A stretch of DNA of 64,000 bases. Origin: Azolla caroliniana (taxonomy: Eukaryota; Plantae; Polypodiophyta). Shown in pieces: positions 25,901-37,920 of the stretch (positions are counted from its first letter, which is position 1; every line of letters begins with the position of its first letter). Location of the stretch: contig JBHGNT010000020.1 of assembly GCA_043228905.1 (NCBI GenBank), positions 9,920,001-9,984,000 on the forward strand, read 5' to 3'. A program made the translations under genes and the position numbers. The notes beneath the pieces are model-generated. The model was not told where the DNA came from. It ran no database searches and saw nothing but the letters and a program-made list of their open reading frames with translations.

Positions 25901-27901
25901 TTAGTATAGTAAGTTGTAGCAATTTGTACAATTTCCAATTCATCTTCTGTTAAAGGGCCATCTTCTCTCCTTAGTTGTTTAATCCCTATTACCAACCATT
26001 TCGGTGCAACTTGGGAAAAAACATTTTGTTTACTCGGTCACCTACTTGTATCCATTTTGAAACAGAAGCTTGATATTGAAATTGTAGAATGTTGTCCTCA
26101 ATATTTCCTAATTCCTATTTCGCATTATGTAGAGCATTTGTCGTCCATTCACATGATGGATCTCTTTCTTGGAAATGTTATAGTGATGTCAAGGCACAAT
26201 GCATACTGATAATTTTCTATGTATATCTTTCCTTTTTCCCTTGTGCCCACGAAATTAGGAAACTACTAATATGAATACTGCCAAAGCCACATTTTCAGTT
26301 TGCAATAGGATTGTCTCCATATATACATAACTTGTTCAGTAACTACGATTTCTGTAAACCTTCGTTGGAATCCTAATCCTCCCTTGTTGCTTACGTTTTT
26401 TCTCATCATTAACTTGTAACACAATTGGGGCATGATCAGGAAAATTCATGCTTGGGTAAATGCTAACCCCCCCCTATCTCCGCAAATTAAATCATCAACA
26501 TAAATCCTATCAATTATTCACAGATTTGCCCCATTTAATCTTCTATCAAACCTAGAAAATGTTAAGGAATTATGCAATTTTTCAAAGGACGGCAAATGCC
26601 AAACATCCAACAACCTTCTACTTATAGTAAAATTTTCCCATGTAGATAATTCTAAACCATGCACTATTACTCCACCTTCACCACTCCTATCATCAGGATC
26701 CTTAATCATATTAAAGTCTCCTGCTACACACCAATGATCTACGACTAGCAATGAATGATCCAACTCAATCCACATCTTTAATCGTTCTCTAGAAGAATTA
26801 GGAGCATACAAATTCAAAACACCAACCTTTTTTTATGAAAGTTAATGATAACATATTGTGCTCTTCCTAACAGCAAGTTCCTTGCATCCAACATATTTAC
26901 TTGCCATATGTCACGAATAGCCATACATTATAATCCACCTTGGAGTTGTGTTGATCCATATGTTGGAAGCGTAGAGCCCAATTTCCAGGCAATAGTGAAC
27001 CATAGATACACCTTTCATTTAAATGATGTCCTTGTAACAACATTATGTCCATTGACCAATTATACATTTATGCAACTCTTGGCGAAATCTTTGTTTATAT
27101 TGTTTACATAAGGATTCCCCAAGACCTTGAACATTCCAAGAAATAATCTTCATAGTTATACAAATTTAGACACTAATCATTTTACTTTCCAACATCTATT
27201 CCTGTTTTCTTGTGACTTAATCATTCTTCTAAAAGCGACGTAATTTTTACTAAATGCAGAGTATGTTTATGTGCTCTATGAGTTAACATCCTCCTATTAG
27301 TTCCTTAAATGTTTTTTTATCAAGGAGTCCATGGAAGTTCTCCAACCAGTAGCATCCCTCACGGAAGGATTTTGATCCTTCGACAAGTGCTTGGACATGG
27401 ATCTTGTCCACCTCCTTCAAACGGAGACAAGGGTCCAATGTCATGTACTCGATTTTTAGTTTGCACTCCCCCCACAACCTCTTGCTTTTGTGTCTTTTAA
27501 TAACCCGAACCCAAGGATCCCCAACACTTGTTTGTGGCACATCGTTGGCAACATCTACTGGAGCTTTCCTTGATAATGAACATTCGTTTGCTAAATGTCC
27601 CATTCTTTTACATAAAAAAAAATTATTTGATAAACCGACATGTAAGATCTTTTGCCTATTTCCACATGCCCCATTTTCCAAACAAGGTAATTTCACATAT
27701 GCCGGCAACGGTTTTTCTCTAGTACATAATAATTTCACTTGTGTTTTTGGAAATAATAATAATAATAATTTCACTTTTAGTATTCCAAAGAATTGGCCAT
27801 CTTTATTATGTATATAAGCATTTAATACTACTTCGATTAAACCCCCTAATTGATGCATTAAGTGACAACATGTCATGATAATACCATGTTGCCGAACATC
27901 T
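22920..27901 (-). mobile_element. LINE (L1-like) retrotransposon, degenerate and 5'-truncated in ORF1; probable 11-bp TSD CAATTA(G/A)TTCT
   Basis: ORF1 knuckle FLCKRMGHLANEC. ORF2 starts MKIISWNVQGL at 27153, with APE motifs NLYAPN and GDFN, RT fragments and a C-terminal zinc-finger region (CPLC..HCLWSC). T-rich tail at 22918-22946 on the + strand. TSD copies at 22909-22919 and 27902-27912. Confidence 0.88.
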
Positions 27902-28224
27902 CAATTAATTCTCAAGAGATGTACGGCAACATGGTGTTACCATGACATAACAAAAAAATTTATTGTTCTTTGTTGAGAATCAAACTCAACTTCCCTAGTG
28001 TGGGAACACACCTTAGTATGTGAACACCCCCCCACCACCTACTATAGTAACTAGTGTGTCATAGAATCTTATAGTTCTATGACACATATTCAGTGTAGTT
28101 AAGTCTCCACCTCCCTTTAGTTAAGAGGTGGTTGTAGAAAGACAATATAAAGAGAAGGTTATTTGTAACAGTTGGTCATTCTTGCACTCTTCCTTTTGAT
28201 AATATAGTCTTTACTTGTTTTTTG

Positions 28225-28287
<63 letters not shown>

Positions 28288-30423
28288 CTCTTCCGTTGCA
28301 CATACTCACTCTCAGTTCTTTACATGGTATCAGAGTGCGTGGTAGCTTGATCGAAGTCCATCACCTCTGTGTGTGTTGTGTCTAATTCGGAGTTCAGAAA
28401 GAACCGACTGATCATTATAGCAGCAACCTGCATAGTTTGTATCAAAGAGAAGAAGAAGAAGTTCAACAATGATCACTTAGATGGGAAACGCTCTTCCTGC
28501 CAAGAAGCTCGACAAAAAAAACTTTGTATCTTGGGAGTACAAGATGTGCCAATACCTTGTTGGCCAAGGCTATTGCGGTTATATCGAGGGAGCATAAGAA
28601 TCAAAACCCAACCCAACACATGTTGACTACCCAGCTTGGGAGCAAGCGGCAAGTCGTGTGTTGTACTGCCTTGCATCATGCGTCCATGATCACATGGTCA
28701 GCTACATCTGAGAGGCTAAAACGCCGAAGGAGGCATGGGGGAAGCTCAAGAAATTCTTCGCGGCCAATACGACTACTCGCAAACTTCAACTCCAGTGGGA
28801 GTTGAACAACATTCAACAGAGGGACATGACAATCGGCAACAACACCTTGAAGATAAAGGATTTGTGTGATGCCCTTAGGTCGATCAATGTTAGCATTGAC
28901 GATGATGAAATGGTGCAGATATGCCTCAGAGTCTTGGCACCTTGGTTCAAAGCTATAAGGTCGTCCATTCTTGCGAGAGAGAATCCTCCCTCCTTTGATC
29001 TTAAGTCAATGTTACTAGTCGAAGAGAATCACGTCCGAGCAAGGTGCAATGTGTAAGAGGGACGTGCATGCTCTATTCAAACTCAGATGGAGGAAGAGGA
29101 ATAGGTCGTGGCAGAAGAGGCCGACTCAGCCAAGTCCAACACAACCAAGGGCAGTTCCATGAGCAAAACCTCTACTACCAGCAAGAAGCCACAAACTCGC
29201 AAGGCAGAACCTCGGGTAGAAGGGGGAGCAATCGTGTCGAACCCATCCGACATAACAACTCTATTCAGTGCGGATATTGTGACAAATTCGGCCACTACGA
29301 GGCAGAGTGTCGGAAAAAGAAAAGTGAGACAACATTCACAAGTCGACAACTCACTAATTAGGCCTTGAATTCCGACTATGACGATAGTGGCAGAATGTTC
29401 CTAATGCAAAACAGAGAGAACTCAATGATGGAATCATGCTCGACCAACACCTCCAGTTCGAAAGATGTTTGGTTTGTCGATTCGGGTGCGTCAAATCACA
29501 TGATGTCCAATGCATATTGGTTTCAAGAACTCCGAAAACCCGATCGACCCGGCTATGTTGAAACCGGGGATAACACAATACACCCATTCAACATGTTGAC
29601 AATGTCCCATTTAGCAAAGAAGGGAATGAAACCTACATCAAAAATGTATTGCATGTTCCAACAATAACGAAGAATCTAGTCTCGGTCGGTGAGATCGTGG
29701 AACAAGTCATGCAAGTTCATTTTAATGATGGAGGATGCTTCATCAAAAAGGAAGGCCGAATCATCGCTCGCGGTTGAAGAGAAGGCTGAATGTTCATCCT
29801 TGACTCTCACAAGATGAAATCGTCAATGTATGCCAAGGGCTGAAAAGCCGACACTGACATAGAGTTGTGGCGTGATAAATGAATCGGCCACATCAATCTC
29901 CAAAAGCTCAAAGTGATGCAGTCGAAAGGAGTCATCATCGGACTCCCAACTTTTACCAAAAAAGAGATGGCAAGTGTATGTGAAGCCTGTCAATTCGGCA
30001 AACAACATCGACAACCGTTCCCGAAAAAGAGGAATGTGAGCAAAGGGACCCTGGATGTAGCACATTCACATGTATGGGGACCGGCCTAGACGGCAACATA
30101 TTCGGTGGTTGTCGTTACTATGTGACGTTCATCGACGACTTCTCTAGGCATACCTGGATTTACCCTATGCGACAAAAGAGCGAAGTTTCGGACACTTCCA
30201 AAAGTTCAAGAATGAAGTTGAAAAGGCAATCGGTTTGTATGTGTGATGCCTTCAATTCGATGGGGGCAAGGAATATTTCTTAGACAAATTTCCAACGTAC
30301 CTCTGAAAGGAAGGAATTTGCCGAGAATTCTCGTGCCGACACACACCTCAGCAAAACAGAGTAGTTGAACGAAAAAATCGACATATATTGAAGGTGGCAA
30401 GAGCAATGATGAACAAAAAGAAC

Positions 30424-33400
30424 TGTTGAGAGATCAAGCTCAACTTAGTTTAGTTAGTTAGTCAACCATGTAACTTCGTAGTTACCTAGATAGAATCTAG
30501 TTAGAAGTGTTGACTATAACGACTTAAATAGGACCTTGTACTTAAGTAGGATATTCTAGATCCTCCACTCCCAAGGACATTTAATATAGGACTTACACGT
30601 TTGTACCTATATTCTCCTCACACATGTGCACCCTTACGCATAAGATCTATATATACCTCATTGATGGTATTTTTGTATTTGATGATGATGAGGCTAATTT
30701 AATATACTTACTCATCCCCCATCTTGTGTAGTTCATAAGTGTATCTCTCTCTCTCTCTTTTCCTCTCACACACATACACACACATATCACTTAATCTTCC
30801 ACTTATCAACTATCACATAATTAGGTACTAATTAACCCTTGCTTAATTACTTACCTAATTATTAACATGGTATCAGAGTGTGTGGTTTAGAAAATCCACT
30901 AAGCCCACCCAACACAGTGATTGTGTGTTCGAGACGCCGACAACAAAATCCGGCTATCGGCTACCATAGTGCCGCTATGTAGCACGTGTACGTGATCGAA
31001 GGAAGAAAAGCAAAAAACGAGAGGACGCAATCAACATGAACACACTAATGGGTAGCTCGCTCCCTAGTGAAAGTTAGACTGGAGCAATTATTCATCTTGG
31101 GAATACAAGATGACCTAATACCTCTTCGGCGAAGGGTATTAGAGCTACATCAACGGCGCTCAAGAAAATCAACCTGACTCAAAGAACGTCGATTACGCAA
31201 CATGGGAGCAAGTGGCAAGTCGAGTCATGTATTTCTTGGCAACATGTGTCCACAACCACATGCTTAGCCACATTCGAGACGCCAAGACGCCTAAAGAAGC
31301 ATGGGCGAACTTAAAGAAAATGTTTGCCGCCAACACAACCGCCCGAAAGCTTCAACTCCGACAAGAGTTGAACAACATTCGGCAAAAAGACATGTCCATG
31401 TCGAACTACACCGCCAAGATCAAGAGCATTTGCAACTCGCTTGGCTCCATCAAAATAAACGTCGACGAAGACGAGATGGTTCAAGTATGGTTGGGCGGCC
31501 TCGCACAACGATTCGATCCATTACGGACGGCAATCTTGGCGAGAGAAAACCCTCCTTCATTCTTTGACCTCCAATCAATGCTATTGGTCGAAGAGAACCA
31601 TGTCTAAACCAAAAGCAAGACATCAGAAGGGCAAATGTTCTTCTCGAATTCGGACGGTGGCCGAGGAGGAGATCACGGCGGTAGAAGAGGTCAATTTGAC
31701 CCATCACACGAAGGGAACTCAAATCTTCACGGAAGCCATCGAGGAACCTTCGAAAGAAGGGGGAGCTTCCACACTGAACATGGTCGGCAAATGAGGTCCG
31801 CAACTTGCAACTATTGCGGCAAAATCAGCCACCGCGAGGAGGAATGCTGAAAAAGAAGAAGCGAGTCGGCTTCCACAAGTCGACAACACACGAATTACAT
31901 TGTCAACTCCGAATACGATGATTATGGCGGACTATTCGTAATGAGGCATAGAGCGACCTCTATGTCGGCCTCCAACTCCGCAAGCACCTCCAACTTGGAA
32001 GACGTGTGGTTCGTCGATTCTAGGGCCTCACATCACATGGCATCTCACGAAGAGTGGTTTCGTGATTTACGAACACCAGATCGACCCGGCTTCATAGAGA
32101 TGGGGGACGACACCACGCACCCCATTCAACACATCGGCAATGTCCCATTCGGGAAAGAAGGCGAGCACACTTTCATCAAGAATGTCTTGCACGTGCCCAC
32201 ACTAACGAAGAATTTGGTCTCCGTTGGCCAAATCGTGGTGCAAGGTATGCAAGTCTGCGTCAACAATGAAGGATGCTTCATTGAGAAAGATGGCCGACTC
32301 ATAGCTAAGGGACGGAGAGACGGTCGAATGTTCATCCTCAATTCGAACGAGGTAAAATTGGCAATGTACGCTAAAAGTCTCAAAACCGATAAAAGCATCG
32401 AGTTGTGGCACAAGAACCTCCAACGGCTTCAAGCGATGCAAACGAAGGGAGTCGTCATCGGACTTCCGACATTCGAGCCGAAACGAGTCGATTGAGTATG
32501 CGAAGCGTGTCAACTCGGATGTATGGGGACCGGCGTACACTCGGATGTATGGGGACCGGCTCAAACGTCGACGATCGGCGGATACCAATACTACGTAACC
32601 TTCATCGACGACTACTCACGCTATGCGTGGATCGACCCGATGAAGAAGAAGTGCGAAGTGTTCTCCCACTTCCAAAAGCTCAAGGGGCAAGTCGAAAAAA
32701 AAACCTGTCGGCACATTCGATGCCTACGATCGGATGGAGGAAAGGAGTACTTCTCCGACGAATTTACCTCCCACCTCCAAAGTGAAGGCATTCGTAGAGA
32801 ATTCTCATGCCGACACACACCCAAACAAAATGGAGTTGCCGAAAGGAAGAATCGGCAAATACTTGAGTTAGCACGCGCCATGATGCATGAGAAGCACATG
32901 CCAAATTTCTATTGGGCCGAAGCGGCATCCACAGCCGTCTATCTCATGAACCGGTGCACCACCAATGGAGTCCATGAGCTAACTCCATACGAGCTCCTCG
33001 TCGGAAGGAAGTCGATCCTATCGCACCTCAAGGTGTTCGGAAGCATTGCGAATGTACGCATCCCGAACGAACAACAACAGAATCCAGACGCGAAGTTGGA
33101 GTAATGTATCCTCATAGGATACTCATCCAAGAAGAAGGCATATAAGTGCTACAACCCTTCTACCGGAGTGGTTCGGATAAGTCGAGACGTAGTCTTCGAC
33201 GAGTCCTCATCCTGGTACGCACCAGAGACAACTACAACTCCGACTCTGCTCGACCCCGAATCCGCCGAACAAGAGGTAGAAGATGGAGATCGCTTCAAAC
33301 ACATGTTCAAAGAAAGTCCGATTACGACAAGGCCTAGTGGGCCACAAGAGCCCCCACGCGACCCAAGCACGTCACAGCCAAGTACGAACTTGGACAAAGG

Positions 33401-34292
33401 CAAAGGTAAGATGCCTGAATACGAAGTCAACCACCCCGACGACAATGATTTGGATGGATTGGCTCCCTCACTAGACAGTGAGTTTGGTGTACCCATCATG
33501 CGTACACCCGGAGCAAAGAAGGCACTCACATCTGCAAGCGAAAAACTTCGACGTTCTTCTAGAGAGAAGAAACCCATCACTCAGCTCGGCTACAACGAAT
33601 ACATGGCCCATCATTATGCCTTCGCGATGAAGGTAGCGTCCGAACAAGAGCCCGAGAGCCCTACAGAAGTGGCTCATGACCCACGATGGGTGAAAGTAGT
33701 CGACCCAAGCCTTCGTCACAGGCTTGAGGGGGAGGAACCGAAACTGCCATGACGTAGAAGCTGACACCGAAAGCCGCACAGAAGCCGACATCGAAAGCCA
33801 GAAAACGCCAAAAGCAAAACCGGATTGTGGACGCCTCACACTTGAGCTTGAGGGGGTGTGTTGAGAGATCAAGCTCAACTTAGTTTAGTTAGTTAGTCAA
33901 CCATGAAACTTCGTAGTTACCTAGATAGTATCTAGTTAGAAGAGTTGACTATAACAACTTAAATAGGACCTTGTACTTAAGTAGGATATTCTAGATCATC
34001 CACTCCCAAGGTCATTTAATATAGGACTTACACGGTTGTACCTATATTCTACTCACCCATGTGCACCCTTGCACATAAGATCTATATATACCTCATTGAT
34101 GGTATTTTTGTCTTTCATGATGATGATGCTAATTTAATATACTTACTCATACCCCATCTTGTGTTGTTCATAAGTGTATCTCTCTCTCTCTCTTTTCCTC
34201 TCACGAACGTCACTTAATCTTCCGCTTATATCAACTATCACATAATTAGGTACTAATTAACCCTTACTTAATTATTTACCTAATTATTAACA
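30424..34292 (+). mobile_element. Nested Ty1/copia deletion derivative lacking RT-RNase H; LTRs 30424-30867 and 33859-34292; TSD AGAAC
   Basis: LTR pair; PBS TGGTATCAGAG at 30868; gag, PR (WFVDSRASHHM) and IN (HSDVWG, RSDGGKEY). The sequence jumps from DPRWVKV straight to the pol end (..CTTGAGGGGGAG). TSD at 30419-30423 and 34293-34297. Confidence 0.93.
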
Positions 34293-35697
34293 AGAACCTA
34301 CCGAAATCGTATTGGGCTCAAGCGGCGAATACGACTGTCTACCTAATGAACTGGTGCACAACATCCAAAGTTCACGATATCACCCCCCACGAAAAGTTCT
34401 ATGGAAAGAAGCCGAACTTATCCCACGTCAGGATATTCGGCTCGATCGCATTCATACATATTCTCGATGAAAAGAGGCAAAAGCTCGATCCGAAATCGGA
34501 GAAGTGTATCCTTGTGCTAGGGTACTCACTCGAACAAAAGGGGTACAGGTGCTTCAACCCATCTTCCAAAAAGGTACAAGTGAGTAGGGATGTCATATTC
34601 GACGAATCAGCATCCTAATACTCGGTCGACTCGGCTCCATTTGATCATCCACTCGAAACCGATTTCGATATCGACTCAGAGGACAACCTGGCTCACATCA
34701 AAAGAGAGTTCAGTATCAACTAGGTTGAGTGGACCATAGGAGCCCCCGAGCAACCAAAGCACGTCGTAGCCGAGTCCGAAGTTGGACAAAGGGAAGGCCA
34801 AAATGCCTAAGTACGAAAACTCAATAGGACTCGAATTGGAACACTCACCCGATAGTGAGTTTAGTTGTCTAGATTTTTCGGTCATACCAGGAGCTGAGAA
34901 AGTGCACACAAAGACTAATGAAACACTACGTCGCTCAACAAGAGAAAAGAACGTTGTCGTGAAGAATTTCGGCCAGAGGCGGAAACCGGGAAACATTGGC
35001 TACATCGGCAGGGTGCAGCGTGTGTACGCACCCATGTACATTTAGTGTGAATAATGAGGGCGCCTTTATGGCACCGAAGAATAGTCAAGTCGGGACAGAC
35101 AATCCCATGTAAGTCGGGATTTGTCCCACATTGTAACGCATCCCTCTCCTTGTTCTATAAAAGGAACGGAGCGCCCTTTGTGAAGGGGTTGCCCATTTTG
35201 CATTAGAGGGTATACCGTTAGGTTTAGAGTTAGTTTCTTCTTCTTCTTCTTCCCCTTCGTGTTCGCTTAGGGTTTGCTTCAGCTCATCTCCTGCACAAGA
35301 CCCCGCTCGGCGTGACGAGCCCGTGAGCTCCCCGACCGGCGGCTTGGCAGCTGACGACTACTGTAACCTACCTCAGTCCGGCTCGACGCCGGGAATGTAT
35401 TCTTCTTTATATATATATATATATATACGTTTGCGTCTGTCTGTGTATATTCACGTCTTCATTGGTGTCGGGTGCTTACCCTTTCCTGCATTTCCTGTAC
35501 TTAAGGGTGTGAGTCGGGTTGGCCTGTGTGTGTGTGTGTGTGAGTGTGTGTGCGTGAGTCGGTGAACCCGACGTGAAAGGCGGCAAGGGAGGATGGAGTC
35601 GGAAGACGACGACCTTGCGGAGATGGTGGCCGAAGTGGTGTTGGAGTCGGCACGAGTGGTGATGAGGCGAGAAGCAGCGCAACATGCGGTTGAGTGA

Positions 35698-36627
35698 GTG
35701 GTCGAAAGAGTCGGCCGTTTCAACGGGGACAAAGTCCCATCTTACTTAGAAGCCTACAACGCGGAAATGGAGGAGCGTGGCGTAGACGAGGCGTTAAGGC
35801 TGGAGTTCTTCTGTCAGGTCGTGACTGTCCGGATGCATGTGGAAATAAAGGAGCTCCGTGAGGCTCATAGTTCGTGGGAGGCCTTTGAAGAGGCGCTCCT
35901 GAAGGCATACAGAAGCCGGCGGAAGAGCCGGGGACGACACGACTTCGACCAGTGGGTAGCATCGGCAAAGACCCACCGGGGCGCTGCCAAGGCGTTTCGA
36001 GAGTTCGAGCGGCAGCTTGCTCGGCTCCCGGAGCGGGAACAAGGTTTGGTGGGGGCGGACAAGGTCCTATTGTTCGTCAGGTCGATCGACCGAGCGGAAC
36101 GGGAGGCCATCGGGATTGAGCTCGAAGACGATGATGGAGCGAATGGGCTTATTGAGGACTGGTCGAAGGTCGGAAGGGTGTGCCAACGGCTAGACAACGA
36201 GCGAGCCGAGAAGGCTAAGAGGAAGGTACGCGACGGTGTGCTATCACAGCGGGAAGAGGCCGAACGGCAAAGAGAGTCGGCAAGGGTCGGCGTTGGGGCC
36301 AGGATTGCGGAGGCGTACGCAGCTCTCGAGGCGATGCTCAAGGAAGAGGAAAGACGGAGGCCGCAAGCTGAGACTGAGGAGACGGACTTGCCCCACGTGA
36401 CGGCGGAAGATCGGTACGACGGTACCACGGGAGAGGGTGCGGAACGAAACGCCCTCTCAACTTGCAGAGATAGAACGGCCAAGGACGAGGCCGAGATACA
36501 GATCGCGGAACCGGAACGTTGGGACCAGCGGTTTCGGGCGTGTCAGCCCGAGATCCCGGTCATTGGAGAAGCAAGCCCAGACAGGGCTTGCGCGATCGGT
36601 AAGAAGACGACCGCCGACCACGAATAG
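35698..36627 (+). CDS. gag-like ORF of the non-autonomous gypsy element
   Basis: Homologous to ORF 1360-1983 (VGRFNGDKVPSYL vs IGRFSEKDATKYL; VLLFVRSID vs VLLFVKSVD; DWSKVGRVC vs DWAAVKRVC). An in-frame stop lies just upstream, so it is possibly a pseudogene. Confidence 0.65.
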   Translation: MVERVGRFNGDKVPSYLEAYNAEMEERGVDEALRLEFFCQVVTVRMHVEIKELREAHSSWEAFEEALLKAYRSRRKSRGRHDFDQWVASAKTHRGAAKAFREFERQLARLPEREQGLVGADKVLLFVRSIDRAEREAIGIELEDDDGANGLIEDWSKVGRVCQRLDNERAEKAKRKVRDGVLSQREEAERQRESARVGVGARIAEAYAALEAMLKEEERRRPQAETEETDLPHVTAEDRYDGTTGEGAERNALSTCRDRTAKDEAEIQIAEPERWDQRFRACQPEIPVIGEASPDRACAIGKKTTADHE

Positions 36628-37440
36628 TCGGTGGCTACGGACAAGGGCGTAAAATGGACGGACGATTCTTTGTGTCTTCCCACACTTGCTCTCGAGACGA
36701 TGGCAGTCGGGCCCGAGTGCCCACGTGAGTCCCAAGCGGAGGAAGGCAACGGCGAAAGGCCAAGAATCACCGGCGAGACGATACGGGGAAGGAACGGACG
36801 AAAGCCCACGGACCCGATTCCGGAAAACTCGGCATTCGGGCCCGTATGCCCATGTAAGACCGGGGAGATTGATGGCGGTACCGAGGAGTCCTAGCACGAT
36901 GCCAGCAAAGATGGATGGGAAACGGCCTGTGAGGAGGCCGAGGACGGACGCGGCACGAGGAGATCGGCATTCTGATACGGGTGGAGCATGATCCGGTCGT
37001 GGATCGTTCGATCGGGGCCGGATTCGGCATGAAAGTGCCGATACGGAAGGGGGTGCGGGACGAGCCACCCTCTTTTACATGGGGAGAAAGACAGGCCGGG
37101 CGAAGGTCGAGAGTTGGAAGGAGAATGAAAGCCGGTCCTATGGGATTCCTTACACCAATCCGGCTGCCGGCCCGAGTGCCGGCGTGAGTCCTATAAGAGA
37201 GATCGGTGGCGACAGGAGAACGGGACTCGGCAATCCGGAGAAGGACGAACGGACCCGAACGAGAACCGGGCGGAGCGGACTCCCGGACGACCATTCCGGG
37301 AGGGAGGAAGAGAGCAGGCCTACGAAGAGGCCGAGGACACGGTACGTCGGTACCACGGGAGAGGGTGCGGAACAAAACGCCCTCTCGGCATGCGGAAAAG
37401 GACGACCCGGGACAGGGTCGGGAAGACAAATCGGACGCCT

Positions 37441-37920
37441 ACGAAGGATCCTTCACACCGGTTCTAGAGACTTCGGCAGTCGGCAACGCGGTCGACGTAA
37501 GACCAAGATACTGACGGTGGCGGCGAGGGGACGAAGGCAAAGCCTACGGATGGGCGGTGTACGGAGGATCCTTCACACCGGTTCTAGAGACTTCGGCAGT
37601 CGGCAACGCGGTCGACGTAAGACCAAGATACTAACGGTGGCGGCGAGGTGACCAAGGCAAAGGCTACGGATGGGCGGTGTACGGAGGATCCTTCACACCG
37701 GTTCTAGAGACTTCGGCAGTCGGCAACGCGGTCGACGTAAGACCAAGATACTAACGGTGGCGACGAGGTGACGAAGGCAAAGGCTACAGATGGGTGGTGT
37801 ACGGAGGATCCTTCACACCGGTTCTAGAGACTTCAGCAGTCGGCAACGCGGTCGACGTAAGACCAAGATACTAACGGTGGCGGTGAGGTGACGAAGGCAA
37901 AGGCTACGGATGGGCGGTCT
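37441..37920 (+). repeat. Tandem repeat, 4 x 120 bp
   Basis: The unit GGATCCTTCACACCGGTTCTAGAGACTTCGGCAGTCGGCAACGCGG... recurs at 37441, 37561, 37681 and 37801, with diverged copies near 38120 and 38305. Confidence 0.95.
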
